Assembly: GCF_000181795.1 (NCBI RefSeq)
Contig: NW_003526941.1
Location: 564,266 to 628,265 of the forward strand
Direction: 5' to 3'
Length of the DNA stretch: 64,000 nt
Origin: Trichinella spiralis
Taxonomy: Eukaryota
In this document: positions 1-35,234 of the stretch, in pieces
How the letters are laid out: each line of letters starts with the position of its first letter
Position numbering within the stretch: the first letter of the stretch is position 1
Made by a program: the position numbers and the translations under genes
The notes under the pieces: generated by a model
Databases searched by the model: none
The model's input: only the letters and a program-made list of their open reading frames with translations
What the model was told of the DNA's origin: nothing

Positions 1-107
1 TTTGCGATTTTCGAAGTAGGCTCTTTTCAAAATATCGCTCTTTTTTTTATAAATTGCTAAATTCTGAAAAATTAATAGGTTCTGGAAGTTCCACGGCAAA
101 CAAACGA

Positions 108-1632
108 GTACCTGTCGAATAAATGGCCATCAAAGTTGCCATGTGCCTAACTTAATACACATGAAAGCAGCCGAACTGAAACTCTCTTGAAACACATCCA
201 CGACGGTCGAATTTTGATATAGGAAAGTTTATCGACATTACAATGAGGTATTCGTTGAAATTTGCCAGGCTTGGGGCATATTTCCTTGGTTTGGGCCACT
301 CGAATTTCCTTCCTTTTCGGTCCGGTTGGAATAAATTGATAAAAGTTGTTTGAATACGACTTGAGATGTGCATAAAATCTTCCATTTCTTTGTTTTCCAC
401 TGACTTATCTCATTTAATCGACCATTAGAAAGGAATTTCTCAAGCTGTCGCTGCCAACATTTATTAATACTTGCGTGTCTATAGTATGCCGACTGTAGGT
501 GTCATTTTTTCAAAAAAACAATCATATCATTCAATTCTGTGCTGTTCATAATCTCTATTATTCATTGGGCATCTCATTGATACCAAACATGTCGCTGTTT
601 GATTGTATTTTCGCTTATTCAATCATAATGAAATTACGCTTATGCAAATGAGCTTTAAATATTGTATTTTATCAAAATAATTAATTTTGAAGGATGAAAA
701 TAAAACATATTACCAATTTATAACAAAATAATGCACATGCGCTTGGTATTTATTCAAATTTTTCGACAAATTTGCATATAAGCTTAGATAAACAAATGGC
801 ATACCTCTAAGGAAGTGCAATGTATTAATGAATTTTTCCTTTATATTTCGAAACAATATTGTACAATAATTATGTACAGAAACTGTTCATTATTCTCAAT
901 TGATTATTTAATAAGATATTGAACAAAAATTGTTCGTTTACATAGGCATCACTTATGGAGATAAATAATGCAATATAACATGATATCAGTAATTAATTAT
1001 TTTCAGTTTAATTAATTGTTATTTCTATATCGTCCACAATAAATAAAATTGCGTAAATAAAATTTTTATAATTTAAAGGGTTCTGTACTACAAAAATGAA
1101 TTTCAGGTACAAATGCTAATAGAATGAGCAACATTTCTTGGAAGATATAACATGCAAATTATATATAAATTATAATGAAATGCAATTATATTCTTTATTA
1201 TTAATCGCGCATGTTTCAGTTCGTTTTCCGTTTCTCCCACTAAAATCTCATCATCAAGCACCTTTTTTATTACTATCTCGTGAAAAACCCATTCCTATAA
1301 CGTAAGACTAGGATTGTAATGATTATCTTATTTTTTCAGATCCTTTGAAATCATTATCTCGCAAATTTCACATTTTCCCCTTTCATCAAAGCAAGGCTAT
1401 GTACTTGCTTGATTTGCGATTTTCCAGCTTGAGCTTGTTTCAGGCATTTCACTCTTTTTGTTATATGTTGCCACCTTCCGGAAAAGTAATATACTTTTGT
1501 GACTTCTCATTGCTCCAAATATGTACGTGACTAATAAATGGCCTCTTAGTTGCCATGGGCGCTTCTTAATACTTTAGAAAAGCATTCGAACTGAAACTCA
1601 TCTTGAAACGCATCCAGTGATGTCTGATGTTG
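108..1632 (-). pseudogene. Degenerate gene remnant with a duplicated exon (108-216 and 1523-1632)
   Basis: Two ~110-nt paralogous segments share aataaatggcc..gttgccatg..cttaatac..gaactgaaactc..ttgaaac.catcca. Both translate on the minus strand as EFQF.CF..AHGN..GHL and end at a GTAC donor, and both carry stops or frameshifts. The family was not recognised. Confidence 0.45.
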
Positions 1633-3629
1633 GTTGAACAAATTTATTTGAAACATGAAACAGATGCATACATTCACATCTGCACATCAAGTGAAAATAT
1701 ACATTAGTNNNNNNNNNNCTGCCTTTTTTAATAACGTCGAAGAAGATGTATTTATTCAGTAAACTTTCTTTAAATGTGAGCTATTTGTTTGGAATCAACG
1801 AACTTCACCACATGNAAACATTCTTTATAATTGGGCTTATTATTTTTGAATACCTTTTTCGCCTGCTGTATTTTTTGTTTTTTTTTTTCATTTTCATGTT
1901 TCCTACGTTGTTCATAATTATTTTTAATTTATGTCTGTTAAAGCTGATTTTAGTATTTGAAAAAGTGTAAATAATTAAACTGATGCTATTTTACGGAATG
2001 GGAATACTAAACTCACAATGTAAACATCTCATGGTTGCCAATCTTATCTGGTTTGTGATAATACGCCAAATTGCGATTTGAACGTATTATTTTTTCATCA
2101 ATTTTAGTAATGCNATTTCCTTCCCCNTCTGTGTGTGTATGTGGATTAATTTCCTNCCTGTGTAAAAGTTAGCAGAGTCTACCAAAGGCAATGTAACATT
2201 ACTCTATTACCTTGAGGTTGAACTTGGCCCACATTACCAAATGTCACCGTTATGGTCATATCGTTTATTATGAGAAAGAATATTAGTCAAGTAAAGTTCT
2301 CGTGTCTGCTGCTCAGTATCGCCTATGAATGGAATGTTATTTATATCATCATTCATTTTATCATTGTGAAGAACTTTCTTCATAAAGCCCATTCATTTCA
2401 ACTCTTCAACGTCATGCATAATTAAAAGTAAGTTGCTTTCTAATAATTGTACTCACGTTGTTTGTATGCATTACCTCAAAGAATTTCGTACTCACAAAAT
2501 GATGCATTTCATTTCTCTTGCTGAACCTTCCATGGAAGCTCAAAATGTATATTTATGATGAGAATGTATATTTATTATGATATGCATATTTATCAAACTT
2601 CTTTCTAATACTTATCTTTTTTTCTGCAAATTACAATACATGTCATTTCTGCTGCACCTTAATGAATAATATGTAGACAACGACGGTGGGAACAGGTATG
2701 GACATCATTTGTTTGCTCTCTGATTGATCATTGTTATGTTTGGAGAAAGATTTCTCTAAACATGTAGAATTTCTATATATTTCTGTAGCCACTATTGTAT
2801 TGAATATAGGATATAGTTTTTACTTCAGTATGTAGTATTCGCAAAAACTGCATGCATTTGTGTAATATTTTTCGATTCCTTGAAACGTACTTCTCCAGTA
2901 CTAGTATTTTCACACAATCTGATTCAAACACTATTGTAAGGGCAATAAAAGAATAAACGTACCCATTCGAAATTTATGGACAACAGATACATAACGTCGC
3001 AGAAGCGTTGGAAACCTTCCGTTACTTTCTTTCACTTAAAGATGCTTCTTATCAGTAAATATTTTAGAGGGTAATATAAAGCATTACGCATTATATTCGG
3101 TATCTTGAATCTCATGTTTTGTTTCGTAACTTCTGAAAGCAATTACGTTATTTTAGCGTCGCATCCTCACTTTTTCATACTATAGTTTTTCATGTAAATT
3201 GTATTTTGCATACAATTACATGAATGTAAGCAAATTATCCTTCGGCATAACAGTAATGTTAACAAACGTTTTGAAATAGGTTTATGCCATTGGCTCATTA
3301 CTAATTGAAATTAAGGTTGTTCCACAAAGGACAAATTTGCATCCAATCATAACCATTTAAAATTTCACCCCACGGCCATATAATTTATTCTTATTTAGTG
3401 TATCACGAGTTTTCTTGGTTAGTTATTTCGTTCGTCGCCGTAACGGAACGTCCTGAATTACAATTTCACTCTTGAATACTATATATAATGAAGAGGTATG
3501 TTATTCGATAATGCATTTTGATATTGCATGACTTAACAAATACATGAAATACCAACTAATTGGTTTTACCCCTCTAATTATACTAACATGAAAATGTTCT
3601 TAGCCATATATTACTTTTGCTATTATAGA

Positions 3630-6240
3630 TGGTGCAGACAAGTACGTATTTAGCTCTGGGCCGTAGCAACAGACTACATTAATATATTTTCGTTTCAGAA
3701 TTCACATGACTTGAATACTGCGTACACGTGTGGTCGATGTCAACAAGTACAATTCCTAATTAATGTTGGACTTGATATTTAATACTGAAATGTACCAATA
3801 CAGGCATTACTGCAACATCGTTTTATGAAAATGAAAAGAGAGCTGATCACCATTTCCACATACTTAAAATCAAGTGAACATAGAAAGCATGTAAGCAATA
3901 CAATATTATTTTTATAAACAATACTGTGTATTATATCCTTTTAATAAATACGATCAGGTAAAAGTGAAATAGCCATATTATAAAATGTAATTGAAGACGA
4001 ATGACAGTGCATCTGATTTAAATATTCAAGCAATGTGTTTTAAATTCTTAAATTTGAATTTCTTTTCCATGATTGAAAATGGTCGCGTTATTTTGACGGA
4101 TGATTAAAGACGACATGTAAGTAAAAAATTTCTTTCGCTTCACTCGTATTGAAATTTACATTAATATATAACTTTCAAGAAAAGAAAATAACAAAGCATT
4201 TCCCACTGAAAATGCAAAAAGGTATGTATATTTTCCATTAATCAAGTAGTTTCTTTTTCAAATACTATAAACGTACTCTTGTTAATTCTTAATCCATTGT
4301 TATTTTTCCATTGTTGAAGTATTGGAAACGGTTGAAGGTTTGAAATGCTGGAAAGAATAAAGACAACACGTAAGTATGAAAAGAAAGTCTGCTCGATCTA
4401 AAATTTGGAAATTGTAGGCAAACATTTCAAGGAAAGGCTACAGCACAGTAATTACAGCTCTGAAGATAAATAACAGATCTGAAGATTCAGTACGTATACT
4501 TTACATTAACCTGTTGCTGCTTAATACTTCACAGATTTAATTCATCACCTTTACCTTTACTTAGCTCGAAGTATTCAACATGTCTGACTATTTTGGACAG
4601 AGGAACAAAGACATGTATGGAAAACACTTATGCTCACTTATATTCTGAAATTTCGATTAAAAGATGGAAGATGAGAAATTTATCGTCATCTGTACTGATG
4701 AAAGTTAATTAGGGTATGGATATTTAACTTTAACTGAGTTGATAAAGTAATTTTATTTTAGAAATCCTCGAATAGCAGCATCTTTATTTACCCCGTCGCT
4801 GAATTATTTTCATACGCACATGATTTAACAAGTAAGTTAATGCACTTACGATTAGTACGTGTGAATATAAATTACAATCAGATGCACTGTCATTCGTCTT
4901 CAATTAACTTTTACAATATGGCTATTTCACACCCATAATAAGACAATATAATCTGATATCAGTGACAATTATAAATAGAGAAAATTCATTTACCTCAAAC
5001 GTTTGAATTTCCAGCAAAGCGAAGATACTGTGGATCGCGTTTCCTTGTACCTGACATCCCTTGCATTTGGTGCTCCAACCGGTGGAAATGCTCCCTGTTC
5101 GAATTTCGCTTTTTTGTTATATATTGCAACATCTGTTTCGTATGTTTGGTAAGAAAATACTCAACCTGAAAAATTGCTTCCAAATGAACAGACAGCCATT
5201 CTGCTCATTTTACAGGCACGCTATCGACAGTATCAAGCCACTACAAGACAGCGGTAATGGTCAGTGAATAAGAACCAGACTTCGACTGCCACAAAAATTA
5301 AGTAATACTCAGTACTATATTTAAATCTACTCATGTATCGTTCAAGCAAAACTGTTTTATAGACTACATCCACTCCTGAAAGAGAAAGAAGCTGAAGTGG
5401 AGTAACAAGAGTGATTTTTCGTAATGGTGTCCATATTTTCTGTCATACTAAGGTGATTAGTAAACAGATAAAATTGATTCTGCTCATTTTATAAACATGT
5501 TCATCTACAGTGTCACCAATCCACTGCAAGAAGAAAAAATGGGAATGTACAAAGTGCGAATTGTCTCCCTGTCACCAAAAGTAAGTAATATTTAAGCTAT
5601 TAAAGCTTATTTATGTTTTTCAGAGGGTATGTAAACAAGATGGCATCGTGGAGGTCCGTGAAGAAACTGACTGCAGTGGAATAACATCTGTAAACAAGAA
5701 GACGTCCCTGTCAAGATAAATAGGCGGTAAGTTCCTTAAATAGTATTACTAATGTGAACGTCACGTTTCAGACCACAGTCTCAAGATCGAGAAGACTAGA
5801 AAGAACTGGAAGAAAGAAGAGACATCCGCTCACCAGATAAGGAAAAGATTTTGAGAGGCCAAGGAATTTGAAGAAAAGAAAACGGAAGATATTGACAGGA
5901 AGGTAAGTACCAATCTGACAGCAATCCACTGCAAGAATGCACAAAGCCACCCTGTCACAACGTAATATTTACGCCAATTATTTAAGCTACTTAAGCTTAT
6001 TTCTGTTTTTCAGGCATGGCATCTTGGAGGTCCCTGAAGAAACTGACTGCCGTGGAATAACAGTTCCTGTCGCGGTAAGTTCTAAGTATTTTTGTGAACG
6101 TCACAACGTTTCAGATCAAAATCGAGAAGAGTAGAAAGGAAGACCTGGACGAAAGAGACATCTGCTAACCAGGTAAAGAAAAGATTTTGATACGGTAAGT
6201 TATTGGAAAAGGGAGACTCAGAAGAGAAGGTAAGTAACTA
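3630..6240 (+). pseudogene. Decayed multi-exon gene remnant (unknown product)
   Basis: Regular short exon/intron alternation with plus-strand gtaagt/gtatgt/gtacgt donors and ttttcag/tttag acceptors. No continuous reading frame could be assembled. Confidence 0.35.
5170..6240 (+). repeat. Diverged tandem triplication of an exon/intron module (~300-450 bp units)
   Basis: attctgctcatttta at ~5188 and ~5477; atccactgcaagaa at ~5519 and ~5924; tggcatc.tggaggtcc.tgaagaaactgactgc.gtggaataaca at ~5641 and ~6016; ggtaagttc..gtgaacgtcac..gtttcaga in both later units. Confidence 0.8.
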
Positions 6241-6424
6241 GCATTCTGGAAGTGCCCACATCATAGGCCAAGCCTTTGATTTGAAGAGGTGGAAGTGAAG
6301 GAGAGGAGTATGGGTTGTGAGGAGAGGAGAATATGTTGGAAGGAGAAGATAGAAAAGGAGGCAAGATGGCTATGCGGTAAGTAGCATCACAAAACGCCTC
6401 AAGCTCTATTTCAAGATTTGGATT

Positions 6425-6982
6425 TGCCCCCAGGCTAAGCCGAAGGCCATGCTTCAGGCAAAATATTTGCCCTCGGGCTATGCTTCGGGCTACGCCTCCG
6501 GCAAATTATTCGTAATTTGTGAAAATTTTCGAGATTTTCAAAAAGATAGCCGCGGGCTACGCCCCAGGCTACGCTTCAGGCAAAATTTAAAAAATATTTA
6601 CCCTCAGGCTATGCCCCAAGCTATTTTTAAAAAAACATTTGCCTTCAGGCTATGCTTCCGGCAAATTTAAAAAAATATTTGCCCTCAGGCTATGCTTGGG
6701 GGCAACGCCTCCGGCAAAATTTTCGTAAAATTCAAAAATTTTCGAGATTTTCAAAAAGATAGCCGCAGGCTACGCCCCAGGCTACGCTTCAGGCAATTTT
6801 AAAAAAATATTTACCCTCAGGCCATGCCCCAGGCTATTTTTTAAAAAAACATGCGCCTTTAGGCTACGCTTCAGGCAATTTTAAAAAAATATTTACCCAC
6901 AGGCTGTTTAAGGCTACGCCTCTGGCAAAATTTTCGAAGAGGTAACTCCAGGCTACGCATTAAGGTCCACCTCAGGCTACCC
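6425..6982. repeat. Array of GCC-N3/4-GGC(TAC/TAT) palindromic motifs with A/T spacers and a ~213-bp higher-order duplication
   Basis: Repeated gccccaggc, gcttcaggc, gcctccggc, gccgcgggc and similar motifs, often at 12-bp spacing. The block gagattttcaaaaagatagccgc occurs at 6531 and 6744. Confidence 0.9.
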
Positions 6983-7015
6983 CCTTGTTCTACTTTATTC
7001 GTCAGCTATTCCTCA

Positions 7016-7920
7016 GCTATACTCTCCACATATACTCTCCTCCCTTCTACCCTCCACCTATACTCCCCTCCCCTCCCCTCTCCACCTATACTCTTCTCCC
7101 CTCCCCTCTCCACCTATACTCTTCTCCCCTCCCCTCTCCAACTATACTCTTCTCACCTCCCCTCTTCAGATATACTCTGCTCGCCTCACCTCTCTAAACA
7201 GACTCTGCACCCGTCCCCAACTATTTCTAGACACATAAACGCTCATCTAATTTAATTTTACTTCAGTTCTTTTTTTATTTTTGTCCAAACTGATCATCCT
7301 TCACATAGAAAAATTTTATTTTTTTNNNNNNNNNNNNNNNNNNNNNNNNNNNNNNNNNNNNNNNNNNNNNNNNNNNNNNNNNNNNNNNNNNNNNNNNNNN
7401 NNNNNNNNNNNNNNNNNNNNNNNNNNNNNNNNNNNNNNNNNNNNNNNNNNNNNNNNNNNNNNNNNNNNNNNNNNNNNNNNNNNNNNNNNNNNNNNNNNNN
7501 NNNNNNNNNNNNNNNNNNNNNNNNNNNNNNNNNNNNNNNNNNNNNNNNNNNNNNNNNNNNNNNNNNNNNNNNNNNNNNNNNNNNNNNNNNNNNNNNNNNN
7601 NNNNNNNNNNNNNNNNNNNNNNNNNNNNNNNNNNNNNNNNNNNNNNNNNNNNNNNNNNNNNNNNNNNNNNNNNNNNNNNNNNNNNNNNNNNNNNNNNNNN
7701 NNNNNNNNNNNNNNNNNNNNNNNNNNNNNNNNNNNNNNNNNNNNNNNNNNNNNNNNNNNNNNNNNNNNNNNNNNNNNNNNNNNNNNNNNNNNNNNNNNNN
7801 NNNNNNNNNNNNNNNNNNNNNNNNNNNNNNNNNNNNNNNNNNNNNNNNNNNNNNNNNNCACCTATACTCTTCTCCCCTCTCCTCTCCACCTATACTCTCC
7901 TCCCCTCTCCTCTCCACTTC
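7016..7920. repeat. Pyrimidine-rich ~28-bp minisatellite (cacctatactcttctcccctcccctctc), on both sides of an assembly gap
   Basis: Near-identical units at 7083-7110 and 7111-7138, degenerate units across 7016-7197, and more units after the gap at 7859-7920. Confidence 0.85.
7326..7858. other. Assembly gap (run of N)
   Basis: Continuous N bases. Confidence 1.
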
Positions 7921-8006
7921 CACTTATGCTGATACTCTCGTCTGTTCCCTCCATTTGGAATCATTCGAATTTTTCATAAAATGGAGTCACTTAAAAAATT
8001 ACTTAC

Positions 8007-9108
8007 CTGAGTTTAAAAATATTTAGTGCTTTTCGATAAATCATTTCGATCAAGTACATCTAGAACTAAAACATTTTAGCTGTAAAAAAACTTACCTGGA
8101 GACCTCACTTGAATTCAACGTGTTACAAGCAGCTTTTTCATTCAGTCCCAAACTGTTCTGGTTACATTTCACCAATTCTAAAACAATTCATTTAAATCTT
8201 AATTCAGAAAACAAAAAAAAAACAAAAAAAAATACTTACCTGAAATTGAAATCTAAATAAATCTGATAGGAATAAAACCTAAAAAGCAAAAAATAAGAAA
8301 TTAAAGCAAAAACCCATCTAACAGCATTTTTTACAAATAGCGAGTTGGGTAGCGAATTCTTTGAGAATTCAAGGATCTGAATAACATTATAAAAATAATG
8401 TTTGTTATGAAACAACTAGATAAAAACGAATAACAGTGCATTTGATTCTTTACTTTTTTACTTACCTCCGTTCGATTTCAGCGGTGTAGGTGATGCTAAT
8501 TTCTCCTAAATCTTAAAATTTACGTATCAATTGCACGTATTAGTATCCATTAGTTTCAATTTGCAAAGTCATGCAAATAGCATGCATTGAATATCACCCA
8601 TATAATTTAAAAAAAAACTTATCTTTTCACTATTGATGATGGTGGAGTTAACCACGCGCTGCCGTGACCATCGACTGAGTGAATTCCAGTGCATGAATGA
8701 AGGACATTCTAGAAAAAAAGTTATACAACTAGCAAACTACTTTGCCTCTAGTAAAACAACCTTCTTTTCATTCAGTAATAGCTTGCTGGAGGCCTAAGTA
8801 CAGTAAAATCGTTTTATTAAATAACAGAATTTATTACGTTTTTATTTGCAAGTTTGCATACAATTCAAAATTATATTACTACGCGGACTTAATAAATTAG
8901 CAATTTGACAAACTGAAATATTTGGACAAATAAAAAAATGATTTGATGATCGACAATCTGTAAAATAGAAATTATCATTTATATTCAAAACATCTCAAAT
9001 TTGACATATTGAAAATAATAGTTTTTTTAAATAATTGAAAAGAAAAATAATTCATTGCTTACTGTAATTTTTAATTGATGAAAACAAGTCGAAAACATCT
9101 GAATATAT
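8007..9108 (-). pseudogene. Decayed multi-exon gene remnant (unknown product)
   Basis: Minus-strand GTAAG donors at ~8006, 8095, 8239, 8465 and 9062 with matching acceptors. Short open exons (ASSKLLLNEKK, NVLHSCTGIHSVDGHGSAW, LVKCNQNSLGLNEKAAC) have phases that do not join. One apparent donor reads ATAAGT. Confidence 0.35.
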
Positions 9109-10749
9109 CTAAAAATAGATTGCATAGAAAAGAATTTATGTAAAAAATATCTGAGCAATAAAATTTACTTTCATAAAGAATATATACAGCATCATGAATG
9201 AAGTAGATCACTTAGTGCAGAGAGGGAAAAGCGCTGGTCACATACTGCTGCTTCAACAGATTACTAATTAAATTTCAACGGTCGATTCAGTAAGATTTCA
9301 GAGATGCATTATGCAAATAAAAATTGCCATCGGTAAAATAACCTAACCGCTCACAGTAAGTAATAATGGCGTTAAAAATTTGCATGGTTTACTATTGACA
9401 TATATTTTCATCCATTCATAATTGAAAATTATATACATTTTGCAAATTAATCCACACGAATTTACTTTTAATCAGCTGTCATTACGTTTCCCATAATCAG
9501 TGGCCTGTATTTATTTATAACAGTATTAGTTATGGCTTATTATTATAACAGCAAATCAATATGAAATAAAATATACTGTTTCTACCAATTGTTGCATTTT
9601 AAATCAACTGAAAAACAGATTGATTCATTTAATACAATGTAATAATTGCAATCGTGCACAATATTATATGAAATTTTAAAAAATTGTTGATGGAAGTGTG
9701 TAGAAATATGACAAGCACAACGAATCAAAATGGATAAAGAAATTACGTACATCGTTTGAGTAAAACTAATGTTCAGCAACAATATAACGGTCATTTGGAA
9801 ACTAAAAAAAATCGTTTAGTAATGTCAGATGGATGGACAACTGACATTTTATATGCAAAGCTAAGTTAACGAATTAAAATTAAAAATACTTTGCAAAACA
9901 GGGAAATACAACAAAGGAAAAAAATTGCCTATTGAACATTTTTTATAAATTCTATCACAGGAAAAATATTCACAGACAATAAAGAATATTACTTGAACAC
10001 AGACAGAAACAGACGATAATTCACGAAGTCCACGAAGTAAAAGAAAATACTAAATAGCTCAGCGGTGATCACGACGTATCATGAACCGATTAGAGTTGGG
10101 CTGTGATATATACGCATAAATCAAATGAATAATCGAACAAATTGAATAATTGATAAAATGAAATATAAATATACGAATGGCATGTACAATTTCAACGCAA
10201 CAATAAGAAATACTTCGACTAGCAAAAGAAACAGATCGAACGAAGATAGATAACAAACAATCTTCGCAAATCAGTTAAATTTGCATAACAAACAATCCAA
10301 ATTACGATGACAATGAAAATTTGAAATACAAGAGAAACGTCGATCTATTTACTTACGATAAGGTAAAATTGTGCAACTAAAAATTATTGAAAAGAAATAT
10401 GATTTAAAAAAAAAGAAAAAGTTGAATAAATAAGCAGGAAAAGGCAGATTTATTTTGTGACGACGACGATGTTTCACAATGTCAAAAAGAAAAATACATT
10501 CCTACATCTATGCAGAGATTCAGTTTCACTTTCTTCAATTAATAGCAGAAGAAGAATTGAAAAATAAATAAACAGACAATAATCGTTGAATCAATCGATC
10601 GTTGATTGCAATCCATTGAAGCTTCGACACCGGAACAATAATGCAATGGTGGGCAAATGGATAATATTTCAGTCTAAAATGATAGATAAATCGCCATTTC
10701 CAACACTGAGCGCTTGTCTGTGCGCTTTGATTTCACAAATCAAATTCTA

Positions 10750-29168
<18,419 letters not shown>

Positions 29169-30409
29169 TTCTCGGACAAATTCAAAAAGCAGCCATTGCA
29201 CAGAGCATAGCACGTCGTTGCCAGCTCGCTGGTGTCTCTCGTCGGACGCTGCACCACCGCTGCCTGTGACAGCCCAATTTGATTCGCAGGTTCAATTTAC
29301 GCGTTCAACGATATGCCGCATCCCAACTATTCTCTACGGCCAGAACATGTCAAACGCATCAACAGTAAATAACAATCAAAACAACTGAACTCAACCCAAC
29401 ATTTCAACAAACAAGCCATCTTGCCAATTGTTCAACTTAATTATGTACAGTAAACTTTGATGGCATCCGGTTTAATATCTAATAATAATAGAATTAATAC
29501 AGAACTTTAATAACATGTGAAGTCTATATGCATATGTATATGTACGTGTGTATAATTTTTTCTTCATAAATTCAAATTCAAGAAATTCTACAAACTATAT
29601 CATTAAAAATATTAATCACTCATCCTTTTTCAATACATTATTCAAAACACCATTAAAAGCTGTCGATTCTTGGGCGTTTAAAATGACAACTGTTAAACAA
29701 AACTGTGCGCATAAATCAGAGTTCCTCTAATTACAGACGACATTTTGATTTTTCAATGCTTCTCTTTTTAAAGTGACTAAAAATGCGCTCTTCCATGCAA
29801 CGTCTAAAATTCAATTTCAAATTTATCCATTAAACAATTTAAGAATTCATTACTGAATGTCAAGTTCAATGCTTGAAATGCAATACCAAAGCCAACATAA
29901 CTTTTCAAATAAATCACAAATCCACTCGAAGTACTAGCAAATTATGGAAAAAATAAATAATTTCACAGCCAAACTTTACAGTTTTCCAACGCATATTATT
30001 TCCAAATGCAATATATTGAAAAATTTTTGCTGACCATATTTGGCGAAAACTTACTTTCTTTCATTGAAATACTATTTAAATTTTGTGCAACATTGATCTG
30101 CCTCCACTGTTTTGGACTCCCCACTCACTCCTTTACTTAAACCAAATCGCACAATTCGCCTTCTCCGGTCTATAGAACTACTCTACAATTACCCAATGAA
30201 ATCCAACCAGCGCAAAAAACAGTGAAATTTCACTGCTTTCTAAAAAATAAAACATATTGTTTAAGGATTTTTATTCATCATCATTAGCTTCATCGATTCC
30301 ATCCAATATCAGAATTGCGAGGTGAAAACCATTCTGCATAAATAAAAATAAATAAATATCCTCTTTTTATACCATAAATGTTAAAGTTGCTAGCTCTATG
30401 CTACCGACA

Positions 30410-33868
<3,459 letters not shown>

Positions 33869-35234
33869 CTTCTATAGTTGGATTTGTTCAATCGAGCAAC
33901 TAAGATTTTGCAGAAAGGACAATAACAAACTCAGAACCAACGAATGCAACCAACACAGAAGCAACAATAACTGCTTGCAATATTACAGTAATGCAACACG
34001 GAAAACGTGCGTGGAGTCATTTAATGAAATGCAAGATCTTTTAGACAAAAAATATCGTCATCATTTCTAATATTTATGCCAAAAATGCAGTAACTTTTAA
34101 ATTAAATTTAAATTTTATTAAAATTATTTATCTGATAATTATAAACATATTTTATTGCTCATATTTACATGCGTATAAATGCACGTTAAAGAGCAATTGG
34201 TATATTTTACTGTAAGTAGTTTTCATGTAATTTTAAATTGTTTGTTTTTTTACAGTTAACAAAAAATTAATATGCAGTTTTATTATTTAAAACTAAATAA
34301 ACATAATTTTTACATATTTTAGCGAAAAGTATTTCTTAGAAGCATGAAAAAAAGTTGTTTAAACAGCTTAAAATATATTGCATTTCTTGTAAAAATAAAT
34401 TGGTTTCTTCTGTAAATTAAAATTACATTAATAATTTGAGAATTTTCTAATTATTATTAATAATTATTTTGCAGATCAGATGACAATCGAAGAGGAATTC
34501 TCAAAATGTTACAGTATGCAGTACACGATGCAAATGAAAAAAGTATGCAGTTCTATCTTGAAAATCATAAACGTTTCTACCGTAAATTTTGTAAAAGTCA
34601 ATTATAGTTTTTTCTTTGAATTTTTCTTTAAATCATTAATGCCAAATATAATACGTATTTTAATTTCCAATGCATTATGCTACTGAAGAAATATGAAAGA
34701 AAAATATTTTTAAAAAAAATCTATTTTACCGTAAAAATGAAAACATTTCATTAGATTACAACAAAACAAAGACAATAAAATATTTGTTTTCATAATAAAT
34801 ATGCATCATTGAACTAACTGATCGATTCAAGGAAAGTTCACATTATTTACAAGTAGTGGCAACTGAAAAAGTATCATTCGCAAGTTAAAAAATTAACGCT
34901 GACAATCAGTGCATATAAAAAATATCGGGCGTCAGTGATTTCACTTTGAACAAAACATCGCAGTTGAAAAAACTATATTTATTGTGTACGCAAGTTTAAA
35001 CTCATCTCAGCAACAGGACCAGTTGAATAATTTAAAATCCATAAAACAACGTATGAATGACAATATTAAAATTGACAAATCAAATGTTTTTTATAAAGTA
35101 TCCAATTCTTGCATTAAATTGAGCATTCACGCTTTATAGTGAACTTTACTAGTTGATGTCGCGGTGTTATTTTATGATCCACGATATATGATGATGTTCC
35201 ATGTTGTTCAAAATATTTGAAGAGTACAACCCGT

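Noticed and set aside
6425..6982. CRISPR-like repeat-spacer interpretation of the palindrome array
   Set aside because: The context is eukaryotic, the spacers are repeated A/T tracts rather than unique sequences, and there are no cas genes.
7275..7979. Long ORFs in the ORF track
   Set aside because: They are artefacts of the N-gap (poly-X).
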